From NCBI GenBank assembly GCA_010015805.1, contig ML978122.1, positions 434,001 to 498,000 of the forward strand: DNA of 64,000 nt. The letters run 5' to 3'. Positions 61,471 through 64,000 of the stretch are shown one piece after another (positions within the stretch are counted from its first letter, which is position 1; each line of letters opens with the position of its first letter). The notes under the pieces are model-generated. The model was given only the letters and a program-made list of their open reading frames with translations. It was not told where the DNA came from and searched no databases. The stretch is from Rhizodiscina lignyota (taxonomy: Eukaryota). The translations under genes were made by a program, and so were the position numbers.

Positions 61471-63199
61471 GCGATGCAAGCGAAGGACTCGAGCAAGCCG
61501 GGGCAACTATGCTGAGGATATTATGAAAGAATAGCCATAACCACAAAGAGAATGAATGAATGAGAAGACGAAGAGAAGAGGTCAATGAAACGTCGAACGA
61601 TCGTTCGTGCGACCGGGTAAGCGCTGATTATCAGGCCCTGGCATGCGTGGGTGGCAGACCTGGCTATGCCGTGGCAATTGGTGCCAATTGGCCAGAACAC
61701 CATACAAATCCAATGCGCCGTCCAACGGCCCCCTACTAAAGGCAAAAAGCTCCGTGCGAACCGATAGTGTTTACATATCCATCAGCCGCTACTGTAAGGT
61801 GCGATCGAGGATAAGAGGTGAGTGACTGGAAGCCCTGAGCAGCTGTAAGTTCAATTTGGTTCAAGAAGTCTTTACGGAGTACTGCCAACGATGTTCAGGC
61901 ACCGTTAGGCACCCGAGCCACCCAGAGATTCGAGGTACGTCCCCACTCAACGCGTGCCCATCGCAGGGGTACCTCCAGACCCTTGTGGCACGGCGCCATT
62001 TCGGACCAGATCGACACTGGGGCTTGTCGGAAGAGGCTGGTGAACTGTCAAAGTTCTTACAGTTGCTGTTAAGCTTTAGCCGCAAACAGCTCTTGCTGTA
62101 TCGCGTAACTGGGTACTAAGATTACTGTACCCACCTACATCATTATCTTTAGGATGGCTTTTTTCGCTTCACAAAGTTCCTAATCGCCGTTAGAATCGTC
62201 TTTGCCGAACCCTCCATTGATATCCCACTCCAAGAGCCTGGCAAATCCTGTCGCTTCAGCTGCAGCTGCGCCCCTGGACGATTTCTACATACCTATTTGT
62301 GCCTAATGGGGGATTTTCCGCGAGATGGCGTAGATAAACCGAAAGTGCCGGATGCGAAGTACGGAGTAATAATTCAAACTCACTCCTTCGTGGGCCTTCA
62401 GATGTTCGTCCTTGACATGCGACAAAATAACGAAAGAGGCTGGCTTATAGCGAGCAACAGTAGTACGGCCATAGACAAATGTTCTAACATCCGGCTGCCC
62501 TTCCTTAACTGGGAATTGTTAGTTGCTGGATAGCGAAGTGCTTCGTCCGAGCCTACACATCCGAAGCCTCACGCCCTACGCATCCGATGTCTTTAACATA
62601 TCCGAGTCTACTTACACATCGGTATGCTCACCGTGTCGGGCACTTACCACCATAACCGAACCTCCAAATCATCTGACCCTGACTAATAACAAGATTTCGG
62701 CTTAAGAGGAGGCCGAGGAAAACGCGGCCCTCACCAGTTACAGCCTCGCATGTTGTGCCAGTGAGGGATAATGAACAACCATATTATTCACCACTTCATG
62801 CTAACCAAGCACACCGCAGTCGGTGTTTGACTGTCATTGTTCAACTGTCGGCTCCCGGGACAGGAAATACTCGAATTCCGTCCCGTGGCGGGATAAAAAA
62901 CTGCCCGAAAGAATCGCAGCCCTTTGGTTGGCTGTCGGAGATAGAGCTAATGGCCGATGCACTTATACGTAGTACGAAAGGCAGTTAGTCTAACATGCAG
63001 CGTCAAACGTCAACACTCTGTGCCTTGGGGCACCCAGTCCATTGACATGAGAAAGCTCATTGAGGCTTGTTTGAGATGGGTATAAAATGGACCGGCGCTT
63101 CTCGATTGAACCCTCTTCTTGCCATTCAACCTCGTAAGCTTTTTTTCTGGGCCCCTTCCTCTTTGACAATCAAGCCCGCGCTACCAGAAATCATTCAAT

Positions 63200-64000
63200 A
63201 TGGCCTCTCAGTACGCCAAAGACCAGCCGCAAGGCTACAACAACTACCTCAAGAACATCGCCATCATCGGCGGCACTGGACAGTCTGGAAAGTGGATGGT
63301 TGAGGCTCTCCTGAAGAATGGAAAGCACAACATCACCGCAGTTATCCGCGAAGGAAGCAGCACCGACGTACCCGCTGGCGTTACCGTGAAGACCGTTGAC
63401 TACGCCAAGCCCGACAGCATTGTCTCCGCCCTCCAAGGCCAAGACTGTCTCATCATCACCCTCGGAGTCTTCGCACCTCCTGACACACATTCCAAGCTCG
63501 TGAAGGCGGCTGCAGACGCCAAAGTTCCCTGGATTCTGCCGAACGACTGGGGCTATGCTTTGTCAGAGGACGTTGGAAAGGAGATCATGAATGGTCCTGT
63601 CAAAGTAAAGGAGCATAAGTATATCGAGGAGGTGGGCGCCAGCTGGCTCTCACTGGGCTGCGGATTTTGGTTCGAATTCAGTCTTGGGGGTGGCACTGAC
63701 CGATATGGTTTCGACATTCCGAAGCGCCAGGTGCTTTGGTTTGACGACGGCGAGCAGAGGATCAACTCGACTACGTTCCCACAGATCGGTCGAGCTGTTG
63801 CAAGTCTCCTGTCGTTGAAGATTCTGCCGGACAACGAGAACGACCAGAGTCCATCTCTGGACCAGTACCGCAACAACTACTTTAGGGTCTCAAGCTTCAC
63901 TGTCAACCAGAAGGAGATGTTTGAGGCTCTGAAGCGCGCCACGGGTACGAAAGACAGTGATTGGACGTTCAGCAGCAAGCCTGCAAAAGAAATCTATGCC
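63200..64000 (+). CDS. CipA/NmrA-like (isoflavone-reductase-like) NAD(P)-binding oxidoreductase, truncated by window end
   Basis: Open frame from ATG 63200: MASQYAKDQP..KNIAIIGGTGQSG (Rossmann), KLVKAAADAKVPWILPNDWG, CGFWFEFSL, YGFD, TTFPQIGRAVA. Absent from the ORF track because no stop lies inside the window. Confidence 0.9.
   Translation, partial: MASQYAKDQPQGYNNYLKNIAIIGGTGQSGKWMVEALLKNGKHNITAVIREGSSTDVPAGVTVKTVDYAKPDSIVSALQGQDCLIITLGVFAPPDTHSKLVKAAADAKVPWILPNDWGYALSEDVGKEIMNGPVKVKEHKYIEEVGASWLSLGCGFWFEFSLGGGTDRYGFDIPKRQVLWFDDGEQRINSTTFPQIGRAVASLLSLKILPDNENDQSPSLDQYRNNYFRVSSFTVNQKEMFEALKRATGTKDSDWTFSSKPAKEIYA

Overview
Gene-dense 64 kb window from a filamentous ascomycete (Pezizomycotina; short GT..CTRAY..YAG introns, eisosome PilA, Spt5). 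I can model about 21 protein-coding genes by hand. Housekeeping or sensing genes include PI-phospholipase C, mitochondrial uL15, a ZIP zinc transporter, Pil1, a DCAF7/HAN11-type WD40 protein, a PPAT-like nucleotidyltransferase and Spt5. Others are a secreted class II-type heme peroxidase, a Cys/Thr proline-racemase-family dehydratase, a mucin-like membrane protein, But2, BTB and F-box-like proteins, a pepsin-fold pseudo-protease, a CipA/NmrA-like reductase truncated by the window end, and two orphans. The stand-out is a compact cluster at about 14.3-23.3 kb. It has a stand-alone DIT1/PvcA-family isocyanide synthase transcribed divergently from a CYP56/DIT2-type P450, followed by a DHA1 (Dtr1-like) MFS exporter. 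On its other side is a signal-peptide-bearing DJ-1/PfpI protein with the isocyanide-hydratase Asp/Cys-Thr signature. No intact tRNA, rRNA, CRISPR array or transposase was recognised. All assignments come from motif recognition by eye; no database search was run.
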